Shown: piece by piece, positions 29,580-37,663 of the stretch
Layout: each line of letters opens with the position of its first letter
Position numbering within the stretch: position 1 is the first letter of the stretch
NCBI GenBank assembly: GCA_977020255.1
Contig: CDROCS010001764.1
Location: 1 to 64,000, forward strand
Direction: 5' to 3'
DNA: 64,000 bases
DNA from: Obrimoposthia wandeli
Lineage: Eukaryota
Made by a program: the position numbers and the translations under genes
Notes under the pieces: model-generated
The model's database searches: none
The model's input: only the letters and a program-made list of their open reading frames with translations
Told to the model about the DNA's origin: nothing

Positions 29580-30716
29580 ATGACCAAACCAAATCAACTG
29601 AATAGCTCTCAAGGCTTAGCGGAGTATTCAGTGGTATACACCGACAGAGCACTCAACCATATGTCGCAGCACTTCCAAAGCGTGATGCGTAACATTTCGG
29701 AAACTCTACAACAGGTTTATTGTGCTGATGCGACGGTTATCGTCCCTGGAAGTGGCACCTTTGCCATGGAAGCGGTTGCCAGGCAATTCGCTGAAGATAA
29801 AAGGTGCTTGGTCATTAGAAACGGTTGGTTTAGCTATCGCTGGAGTCAAATCTTAGAGCAGGGCAAAATAGCGAGCAGTATTATTGTCCTCAAAGCACAA
29901 GCAGAGTCCGATGACTCTAAGTCCGCTTTCGCTCCACCTCCTATTGAAGATGTGATTGCTATTATAGAGGCAGAGCGACCAGAGGTTGTATTTGCGCCCC
30001 ATGTGGAAACAGCTTCTGGGATCATTTTACCCGACGATTACATCACAGCACTCGCCGAAGCCGTACATAAGGTAGGCGGTCTCTTCGTATTAGATTGCAT
30101 TGCTTCTGGGACTATCTGGGTTGATATGCAGGCTTGTGGGGTCGATATTTTAATCAGTGCTCCGCAAAAAGGCTGGAGCGCAGAACCTTGCTGCGGCTTG
30201 GTAATGTTAAGTCCCCTAGCACTAAGCGTCATTGAAACTACCCAAAGTTCAAGCTTCGCCTGTGACCTTAAGAAATGGTTACAAATTATGCAAGCTTACG
30301 AAAACGGAGGACACGCTTATCACGCTACGATGCCGACAGATGCATTATCGACATTTAATAATGTGATGAATGAAGCAAAACAATATGGCTTTGATAAATT
30401 AAAAGACGCCCAATGGCAGTTAGGCAATCAAATGCGTCAATTACTCGCCGAGCGCGGCATACAAAGTGTCGCTGCCCCAGCCTTTGCCGCACCTGGTGTC
30501 GTTGTTAGTTATACGGCAGATAAACAAATACAGAACGGGGCTAAGTTCGCAGCCTTGGGTACTCAAATAGCTGCAGGTGTCGCGCTGCAATGCGATGAAC
30601 CAAATGACTTTAGCACCTTTAGAATAGGCTTATTTGGCCTCGATAAACTCTACGATGTAGAGGCGTCTGTCGAACGTTTCGCTGCGGTACTTGACGAAGT
30701 CATTGCCCAGAATTAA
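29580..30716 (+). CDS. Aminotransferase class V (alanine/serine-glyoxylate aminotransferase-like)
   Basis: EYSVVYTDRALNHMS, PGSGTFAME, HVETASG, VLDCIASG, SAPQKG (PLP Lys), FRIGLFG. Confidence 0.85.
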   Translation: MTKPNQLNSSQGLAEYSVVYTDRALNHMSQHFQSVMRNISETLQQVYCADATVIVPGSGTFAMEAVARQFAEDKRCLVIRNGWFSYRWSQILEQGKIASSIIVLKAQAESDDSKSAFAPPPIEDVIAIIEAERPEVVFAPHVETASGIILPDDYITALAEAVHKVGGLFVLDCIASGTIWVDMQACGVDILISAPQKGWSAEPCCGLVMLSPLALSVIETTQSSSFACDLKKWLQIMQAYENGGHAYHATMPTDALSTFNNVMNEAKQYGFDKLKDAQWQLGNQMRQLLAERGIQSVAAPAFAAPGVVVSYTADKQIQNGAKFAALGTQIAAGVALQCDEPNDFSTFRIGLFGLDKLYDVEASVERFAAVLDEVIAQN

Positions 30717-30730
30717 TACCACCGTTTACC

Positions 30731-30761
30731 AAGAAAAGAGCCTATACAAAGGCTCCTTTCT
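30731..30761 (+). terminator. Terminator-like hairpin after the aminotransferase
   Basis: AGAAAAGAGCCT...AGGCTCCTTTCT imperfect stem. Confidence 0.5.
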
Positions 30762-30907
30762 CGTTGACAGAGTTATTCGCTAGGAAGAACCCATCCATTT
30801 CAAGACCAAGAATTCGCCACTTTAGATTAACGTTATTCCCATAGAGTCTTGTCGGACTTGACCGATCGTCGCGAGAAAAATAAGATTTTAGCTAGATTTT
30901 TTTGTAA

Positions 30908-31009
30908 GAGAGTAGTGCTAAATCCAACAGGCTCCTAGTACCTTTTACAGTAAAAGCCGAAGTAAGCAGAGCTTCTCTACCTGCGCTCTGTCAACAAAGC
31001 ACTACTCTC
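30908..31009. repeat. 102-bp element bounded by perfect 12-bp inverted repeats, with two internal hairpins
   Basis: GAGAGTAGTGCT (30908-30919) / AGCACTACTCTC (30998-31009); inner CTTTTAC-A-GTAAAAG and CAGAGC...GCTCTG. Confidence 0.6.
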
Positions 31010-31016
31010 CATTGAC

Positions 31017-32705
31017 TTAAAAATAATGAGTTAGCTGTAACCAATATCTAGGCTCTAAATCTCGGGTGTCGGAGACAGGCTCTGCTTCTGTTCTCCAAGC
31101 AATACTAGAGCTTAGCACTAACTTATCAGCAATAAGCCAATCCGCTTTTACCCCAACACCTGAGAGGCGTTTAGTATTAGAGGTGTCAGTCGACAATTCA
31201 CTTTTGTGCTCTTTACCTACCCCTGCGTCAAAAAACCCGGCCAGCGTGAGACGCTCATTTTTCTGATAACTGAGCTCTAGGCTTGTCACGAGCCCACTAT
31301 CCACTGTCGCCTCTCCCTGTGGGTAAGCGCGAACAGTATTGCTTCCGCCAAGCTGCATTTTAACGGCGCTATCTAAGTTTGAACCCGCTAACTGCCCTTG
31401 CGCTTTAACACTAACCGCCCATTTATCAGTTAATAAATGCCGGTAATTTAATTCACCGTTCAATTTTGTAAAGTGACCATCAGTACCATAGCTATCATTG
31501 CTTAGAGCAGCATTATCCAAACTAACGTTACCGACGCTCAAGTCTAAATTCCAACGCGTGCTATTACCTGTGCTGTTAATATAATTACCGCCCGCTTTTA
31601 ACAGCAAGCTATCCAGACTTTTTGTAGTGAAAAAACTAGTGGCACCAACGTTATCGTTGAACTTTTGGTGTTTAAGCTCTGCTGCGATATTAAGATTTTT
31701 ATTTAAACTGCGAATTACGGGATAACGTAATTCAACGCTCACTTCTTGGTTATCACCATCGGCATCTAACGCAGCAAACGTTTCACCCAATTCGTATTGC
31801 GTCGCCGATATACGACTACTCAACATTAAGCCATTACCGCCTAAAGGCAACGCCGCACCGAGCGCTACATAATTGTAACCTTTGCCACTACTGGCAGCAT
31901 TAAAGGTGAACTGCTCGCCATATCCCAAAGTATTATTCAAATTATACTGGCCACTGATTCTTGAAGCACCCACAAAACGGTTGCCGTGGTTATCAACACT
32001 GAGATAACCTATATTCTCTTCAGCATCCGTGGTGGTGATACTCAGATCTGCATAGCCATCCTTGACTGAGGGATCGAATACAAAGCGCGCTTCAGTCGCG
32101 GGTAAGTCAGATAATAAACGGATTGTTCGCTCAAGTGCTTCACTGTTAATGACATTGCCTTTCAGCGAGTCGACATATTTTTCTGTCACTGTACGCTTGA
32201 GCTTACCGCCTTGCTCAATATTAACCTCGTCGAGAGATCCTTCATTAATATTGATGCGTAAGGTCCCAGTTTTTAAATTTTGCTCCGGTAAATAGGCTTG
32301 CGCCATCATATATCCAGACTCTTGATACAGTCCTTGAATTTGCGCGGCAAGACGTTTTAAGCCAACAAAACTGTGCATTTCGCCCAATGCATCACTTACC
32401 TCCGCCTCTAACGCGGTGAGAGATAATACGGAAGCCCCTTCAAAGACGATATTATTTATTAATACTTTAAACGTGTTCGCTTGCTCTTGTTCTACCACAG
32501 CTGTTGCAGGTGTCAACGGCAGCTCTTGATCTACTTTCTCTTCAATTACTGGTAGTGTCAGGATCTCTTGCGATACCGTACCACCATCGGGAATGGCATT
32601 GGCATAACCTGTAAAAAGCAAAGAAGTGGCACATAAAAAAGCCTGTGTTTTAAATCGTGTAAAGGTATTCAACACTGTTTTTCCTAGTGTCATATTTTGC
32701 TCCAA
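31017..32705 (-). CDS. Two-partner secretion transporter TpsB (ShlB/FhaC/HecB family)
   Basis: Signal peptide, POTRA (YQESGY..AQAYLPEQ), DNHGNRFVG, VRAYPQG (VRGY motif), C-terminal F. Confidence 0.9.
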   Translation of the reverse strand: MEQNMTLGKTVLNTFTRFKTQAFLCATSLLFTGYANAIPDGGTVSQEILTLPVIEEKVDQELPLTPATAVVEQEQANTFKVLINNIVFEGASVLSLTALEAEVSDALGEMHSFVGLKRLAAQIQGLYQESGYMMAQAYLPEQNLKTGTLRININEGSLDEVNIEQGGKLKRTVTEKYVDSLKGNVINSEALERTIRLLSDLPATEARFVFDPSVKDGYADLSITTTDAEENIGYLSVDNHGNRFVGASRISGQYNLNNTLGYGEQFTFNAASSGKGYNYVALGAALPLGGNGLMLSSRISATQYELGETFAALDADGDNQEVSVELRYPVIRSLNKNLNIAAELKHQKFNDNVGATSFFTTKSLDSLLLKAGGNYINSTGNSTRWNLDLSVGNVSLDNAALSNDSYGTDGHFTKLNGELNYRHLLTDKWAVSVKAQGQLAGSNLDSAVKMQLGGSNTVRAYPQGEATVDSGLVTSLELSYQKNERLTLAGFFDAGVGKEHKSELSTDTSNTKRLSGVGVKADWLIADKLVLSSSIAWRTEAEPVSDTRDLEPRYWLQLTHYF

Positions 32706-32929
32706 ATAATGAATACTAATAAATAGGGTAATTTATCACGGTGTTTATTGGTGCTAAATTCAGTTAATAAATCTCTTTATGGCGCTCAATATTTAGTCCT
32801 TTGAAAGAGCCACAAGCCAATCGACCCAAAAAAAACGCCTCATCTCTATTGATAAAACGGTTTTATATCAATTACTTTTCTAGATTAGGTGTTATCGATT
32901 CATAACTGAATATATAAGCGCAGCACTTT

Positions 32930-35900
32930 TTAATTGAGATTTAGTGCAGTCATTTCAGCGCTCTGTTTGATACCTTGGTTATTAACCGTGATTGCCCCAT
33001 CAAAGAAAGTTTCAGTAATGACTTCCTCCTCCGTAGCGCCCTCTCCACTAGCAGCGGTAGGACCAAACGGATTGGCGTCAAAGGCCGCGACGGCATTAAC
33101 TGCTACCTGCTCAGGTACGATAGGGCCAATAAAAGCTGGGATAGCTGGAACTGTGATGATTGGTGTTATTGGCGGGGTCGGCGGTGCTATTGGTGGTGTT
33201 ATTGGCGGTGTTATTGGCGGGGTCGGCGGTGTTATAGGCGGTGTTGGCGGTGAAAACGCTAAAAAAGGAGTGCCCTTACCTTTTTGAATACCCCAAATTT
33301 TACCTTCACCTATATCGAAACCTTTATAGCTCGTAGCAAGCTTAGACTGATGATTGGTTAACCTTGTAACGTTACTATTTTTACTATTACCAACCCCATT
33401 TTTTTGCTGGGTTGATGCAGTGAAATACGAATCGCGGATAAGTTCTTTATTAACACCTACCAATCCACCTGTATGATCGTTAGCTCCCCCGGTTACTTTA
33501 CCAGCCGCGTAACTTCTTCTGATAGAACCTTCGTTATAACCAACCAGGCCACCTGTAATTTTTACCTTGCCATCTACGTTACCTGTCGCGTAGGTTTCCC
33601 TGATAGAACCGGAACTATAACCTACTAGTCCGCCTGTATTTCTATTCTTCCCATCTACAGCACCTGTCGCGTAACTTTTTATGATGGAACCAGAATTAAA
33701 GCCGACTAAGCCGCCTGTATCCTGTTGCTTTCCACTTACCGCACCTGTCGCATAACTTTTTATGATAGAACCCGAGCTGTAACCTACTAAGCCACCTGTC
33801 TGTCTCAACTTTCCATTTACAGCTCCCTCCGCGTAACTTTGATTGATGGAACCTTCACTCCAGCCGACCAAGCCGCCGGTTTTTTCACCCTCTCCATTTA
33901 CTGCACCTATCGCGTGACTGTCGATAATAGAGCTAGTGTCAGAACTATAACCTACCAATCCACCTGTATTTCTTTTCTTTCCATTTACCGCGCCTGTCGC
34001 GTAACTTTGTTTAATAGCGCCAGAACTCTCACCTGCCAGCCCGCCTATTGCATTGTCCCCTGCTACTTTCCCTTGTGCATAACTGTTAGTAATAACACCA
34101 TAATTGTCCCCGACTAGGCCACCTACCCAGATTATTCCATTTACATCACCTGTTGCATAACTATCCAATATATTATTGCCACCAGAATTTTCACCAACCA
34201 AACCACCTACTGTGGTATTGCCATCGACCTTTCCTGTCGCGTGACTATGAGTAATATCACCTTCATTGATACCAACCAAGCCTCCTACAACACTGTTTTT
34301 TCCCTTAACGACCCCTGTCGCTTCACTTCGTTTGACAAGCCCCTGATTAGCTCCAACCAATCCGCCTATTCTATTTCCTGTTCCGAACACATCCACTGCT
34401 GCGGTACTGTCAATGATGGTGCCAGTTGGTAAATTTTCCCCTACTAGACCACCAATTGAAGCAGATCCTTTTACCGTTCCGGTTGCATAACTTTGTTTGA
34501 TAGTACCTGCGCTACTCCCTACTAGAGCACCGACTTCGCTGTGACCATTTATATTCACATTTACTAAACCAATATCTCGGATATAACTACCAGAGGCGGT
34601 CCTTCCAAATAACCCTTGGGCATTAGTGCCTTCTCTATTAACGGTTAAACCTTTAATTTCATGACCAGAACCCGATAAATATCCCGAGAACTTATTAGCT
34701 GCATCACCTATAGCTTTAAAGCCTTTGCCATCGTTCCAGTCTTTGGTATCTGTAGCATCTATATCACCGCCCAGTGCATAGTAACCTGAAAGGTTCTCGT
34801 TAATATTTTGTAGTTTTGTTAATGCATCCACACCATTGATGACGTTGAAGGTTCTACCGTCCACGTTATAAATGGCGTTTGCACCAGTGAGAGTTACTTT
34901 GCCTTTTTCGCCTAGATTAAGGTGCTCACTTTTTGCAAATTCTGCTGAGGTTCCTCCAGCATCTAAATCTGTTAACCCTGTATCAAAAATAAGGCCTGAA
35001 CGATCTCCAGTCGCTTTAATTTCACTGTTTATCGTTATTTTATTATCTGCCTGCAGCGTTAATATTCTGTCCGCTACGTCCCAAAAAATTGCGTCATCAA
35101 CGGTTATATCGCCATTCTCACTATCAAGCCCATCGCCAACTAGAACAGTATCGCTAGGAACACCTGTGGTCTGTATCGTGATGTTGTTGTTTACTAATAA
35201 AGTACTTAACGCTTCACCGGTTATATCGCCATCTTGAGCAATGGTGAAATCAACAGGATCTATCAACCACTCTCCGGTTTTACCTTGCGCCGCGCTAGTA
35301 TCTATCACCGCTTCTTTAGTGATCTTAACTATCGCCCCTGAGGTCTCTATGAAACCACCGTCGCCAGAGTCGGGTGCGCTGGCATCTAAGGTGTTGGAGA
35401 TCGTCGTTGTGCCGTGTTCCATATCAGCAATGAGCAGTATTTCACCATCGACCATCTTTAGGCTTCTCGCTCGCACCGTACCTGAGTTATTCACCGCCGC
35501 ACCTAAAATACTGTCGGCAGCCTCTGCGCGCAGCAAAATTCTTCCGCCATCTGCTTGTATTAATTTCTTGTTATCTACCAAGGCATTTAAGGTACCTTTA
35601 TTAACTTTAATACCTAAGCGTTGTTTGTCTCCAAAACTGATAGTGACGTCATCCGCCGCAACTAAAGCTATATCACCATTACCAACATTTGCACTGGCCA
35701 CAATCCAACCGTCATTGGTCACTTGGTTACCCAGCAGTGCTACAGTGTTGGCGTTTATCTCGCCAAAATTCTGAATTATACCGTTTTTGTTGCCCGTGGC
35801 CTTGAAGCGGTAATTACCCTGCATAAAATCTGCATCGCTAATCTCTAATGTTGATGCCACAAGCCCACCGACGCTCACTTGAGCGCCCTTAGCAAACGTC

Positions 35901-36322
35901 ACGCCGTTGGGGTTAATTAAAAAAACATGACCATTGGCATTCAGCTTTCCCAATATTTGGCTGCCATTACTGTCGTGAATTCGGTTTAGCGCGACCGAAT
36001 TTACTGTTGGCTGCTTGAACGTCGCTACCTCGTTTTTGCCAATATTAAAACTCTTCCAATCAATCACAGCCTTAGCGGTCGTCTGAGTAATGGTAGTGGT
36101 TGCCCCTTGCACCGCTATGGATGCACTACCTTGGGACACCTTACCCCCTTGTGGCGCACCATGCAGTAGAGTCGCTGATAGTAAAATAGGTAGCGCCAAC
36201 CCTGCATTTAATAGCGGCTTAAGTGTACGCTGAGATTGTTTGCCGCCGCTTTTTGCCATTTCTGAGGCGACAACAAAGCACTGTTTAGTGTGTGACCAGA
36301 TAACTTTATAGCTGCTGTTCAT
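32930..36322 (-). CDS. Two-partner secretion exoprotein TpsA (filamentous haemagglutinin N-domain, GLUG repeats)
   Basis: ESPR signal (MNSSYKVIWS...FVVASE), TPS domain (IDWKSFNI, NGHVFLINPNG), WLIDP, 14 GGLVG-type repeats, Pro/Thr linker; adjacent to tpsB. Confidence 0.88.
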   Translation of the reverse strand: MNSSYKVIWSHTKQCFVVASEMAKSGGKQSQRTLKPLLNAGLALPILLSATLLHGAPQGGKVSQGSASIAVQGATTTITQTTAKAVIDWKSFNIGKNEVATFKQPTVNSVALNRIHDSNGSQILGKLNANGHVFLINPNGVTFAKGAQVSVGGLVASTLEISDADFMQGNYRFKATGNKNGIIQNFGEINANTVALLGNQVTNDGWIVASANVGNGDIALVAADDVTISFGDKQRLGIKVNKGTLNALVDNKKLIQADGGRILLRAEAADSILGAAVNNSGTVRARSLKMVDGEILLIADMEHGTTTISNTLDASAPDSGDGGFIETSGAIVKITKEAVIDTSAAQGKTGEWLIDPVDFTIAQDGDITGEALSTLLVNNNITIQTTGVPSDTVLVGDGLDSENGDITVDDAIFWDVADRILTLQADNKITINSEIKATGDRSGLIFDTGLTDLDAGGTSAEFAKSEHLNLGEKGKVTLTGANAIYNVDGRTFNVINGVDALTKLQNINENLSGYYALGGDIDATDTKDWNDGKGFKAIGDAANKFSGYLSGSGHEIKGLTVNREGTNAQGLFGRTASGSYIRDIGLVNVNINGHSEVGALVGSSAGTIKQSYATGTVKGSASIGGLVGENLPTGTIIDSTAAVDVFGTGNRIGGLVGANQGLVKRSEATGVVKGKNSVVGGLVGINEGDITHSHATGKVDGNTTVGGLVGENSGGNNILDSYATGDVNGIIWVGGLVGDNYGVITNSYAQGKVAGDNAIGGLAGESSGAIKQSYATGAVNGKKRNTGGLVGYSSDTSSIIDSHAIGAVNGEGEKTGGLVGWSEGSINQSYAEGAVNGKLRQTGGLVGYSSGSIIKSYATGAVSGKQQDTGGLVGFNSGSIIKSYATGAVDGKNRNTGGLVGYSSGSIRETYATGNVDGKVKITGGLVGYNEGSIRRSYAAGKVTGGANDHTGGLVGVNKELIRDSYFTASTQQKNGVGNSKNSNVTRLTNHQSKLATSYKGFDIGEGKIWGIQKGKGTPFLAFSPPTPPITPPTPPITPPITPPIAPPTPPITPIITVPAIPAFIGPIVPEQVAVNAVAAFDANPFGPTAASGEGATEEEVITETFFDGAITVNNQGIKQSAEMTALNLN
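33160..33252 (-). repeat. Low-complexity 9/12-nt tandem repeat encoding PPT/PPIT linker
   Basis: Repeated GGTGTTATTGGC/GGGGTCGGC units; protein SPPTPPITPPTPPITPPITPPIAPPTPPITP. Confidence 0.85.
33440..34560 (-). repeat. GLUG-type tandem repeat array, about 14 units of 25-27 aa
   Basis: Recurring SYATGAV.G....TGGLVG; DNA unit CCTGTCGCGTAACT recurs. Confidence 0.85.
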
Positions 36323-37003
36323 GTAAAATCCTTTCTTTAGACACAATTAATGCAACACATGTTACTGCACAGATCGTTAAGATTCCATTCATTCATTTTA
36401 CATTAATAAAACAGCTGTTTAAATATGATTCTCATGCAGGACGGTCACGCTAGGTATAAAAATGAAGGATGTTTTCTTTTTCTTAGCAATCGGTCGGCAT
36501 TAAACACAGTTCGCTGCAACCATGCATACGCTCATGCCGCAGTCGTCAACGCCGGTGCTAAATGATATGGGTATCAGCTCTGCTTTTTAAGCCTTTTAGC
36601 GAGGAATAGGTATATTGCTGGCTAAGAGCAAACATCACTGTATTTTTAAGGGCTATCTCTATATAGGAAAGAAGTTATTAGTGGGCTTCGAACACATTAT
36701 TTTTATCGCTGGTGATACATTCTATGTATAGCGCAAAAACCACTTAATATGTGCAAAGAATTATGGCTTCTCTTGAGGTTACTCTCATAGACGGGACTTT
36801 ATTAAAGATCTTACTTTCATGCTAAATTGCGACAGCCACAGCTTAACGAAAACGGTATTCTGACATGCTCTACTACCATGATAGCTAGCCTTATTCGACC
36901 ATGCGGGAGCTCATGTGGAGCAGATAAATAGGCTGTGATTAAAACCCTAACAAACTCATAGACGAAAGGGCGACACTCTAAACGGTATTATGTTGTTAAC
37001 GGT

Positions 37004-37597
37004 CTAATAACTAGCACTGGGAAGGGTCCACACCACTACGGCTTCTTCCTCAGTTGAAGGGTTACTCGCCCAGTGTGGCTCTTCCCCTTCTAAGGTAAAG
37101 CTGTCACCCGCTTTTAGCAAAAACTCTTTACTGCCAATTTTTAGCCGTAATTGTCCGGATTGTACATAGCCTCCCTCCTCACCTTTGCGTTGGCGGGCTT
37201 CTTCACTGCCCGCACCAGGAGCATAGGTTGATAAAACCATCTGCATCTGCCCACTCAATCGCGGTGAGAGTAACTCTTCGCGAATACCCGTGCCGGTGAA
37301 GCTTAAACTGCGCCGATTACTAGCACGCACTACATAGTTCATTTCATCGACAGGCACAGGCTCATTCGTATGGAAGAACCAGCTAATATTGACCGCCAGC
37401 ACTTCACAAATAGATTGCAGTACTGGTATAGGTAGTGATGAAACGCCGCGCTCGACTTGGCTGAGATAGCCAACTGAACGGCCAATACTTTGCGCCATTG
37501 CCATCAAAGTGACATCTTTAGCTTTGCGCAAATCCCTAATTTGGCGACCGATACGCAAATTTTCACTGTTGATTAAATTTTTCTTTTGCTGGCTCAT
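37004..37597 (-). CDS. XRE-family HTH plus cupin regulator (PuuR-like)
   Basis: IRDLRKAK..TL..MA...GYLSQVERG..S; cupin (HKGEE-like RKGEEGGYV..G.L, GDSF..PH). Confidence 0.88.
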   Translation of the reverse strand: MSQQKKNLINSENLRIGRQIRDLRKAKDVTLMAMAQSIGRSVGYLSQVERGVSSLPIPVLQSICEVLAVNISWFFHTNEPVPVDEMNYVVRASNRRSLSFTGTGIREELLSPRLSGQMQMVLSTYAPGAGSEEARQRKGEEGGYVQSGQLRLKIGSKEFLLKAGDSFTLEGEEPHWASNPSTEEEAVVVWTLPSASY

Positions 37598-37663
37598 TCA
37601 CTGTCCGTGGCTGTAATTTATATATGTGTGTAACGCACAGAGAGATAGTAACAAAGATTTGAT

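Noticed and set aside
32934-33287. Gly/Val/Ile-rich plus-strand ORF resembling a glycine-zipper protein
   Set aside because: It is the antisense reading of the Pro/Thr linker repeat in tpsA.
33440-34560. Regularly spaced DNA repeats that might be a CRISPR array
   Set aside because: The repeats are in-frame degenerate coding units (GLUG) with similar intervening sequence; there are no unique spacers and no cas genes.
35241-35774. 177-aa plus-strand ORF, and similar antisense ORFs (20224..20670, 38733..39263, 34872..35237, 58136..58591)
   Set aside because: They overlap well-supported genes antisense or out of frame and lack independent motifs.
36418-36436. Possible Fur box upstream of tpsA (CATGAGAATCATATTTAAA on the minus strand)
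   Set aside because: Only about 12 of 19 positions match in an AT-rich region; too weak without a PWM score.
36323-37003. c-di-GMP-I riboswitch or RfaH ops element ahead of tpsA
   Set aside because: The required conserved strings (GCAAACC...GAAA...GGGACGCAAAGC; GGCGGTAGCGTG) were not found on the minus strand.
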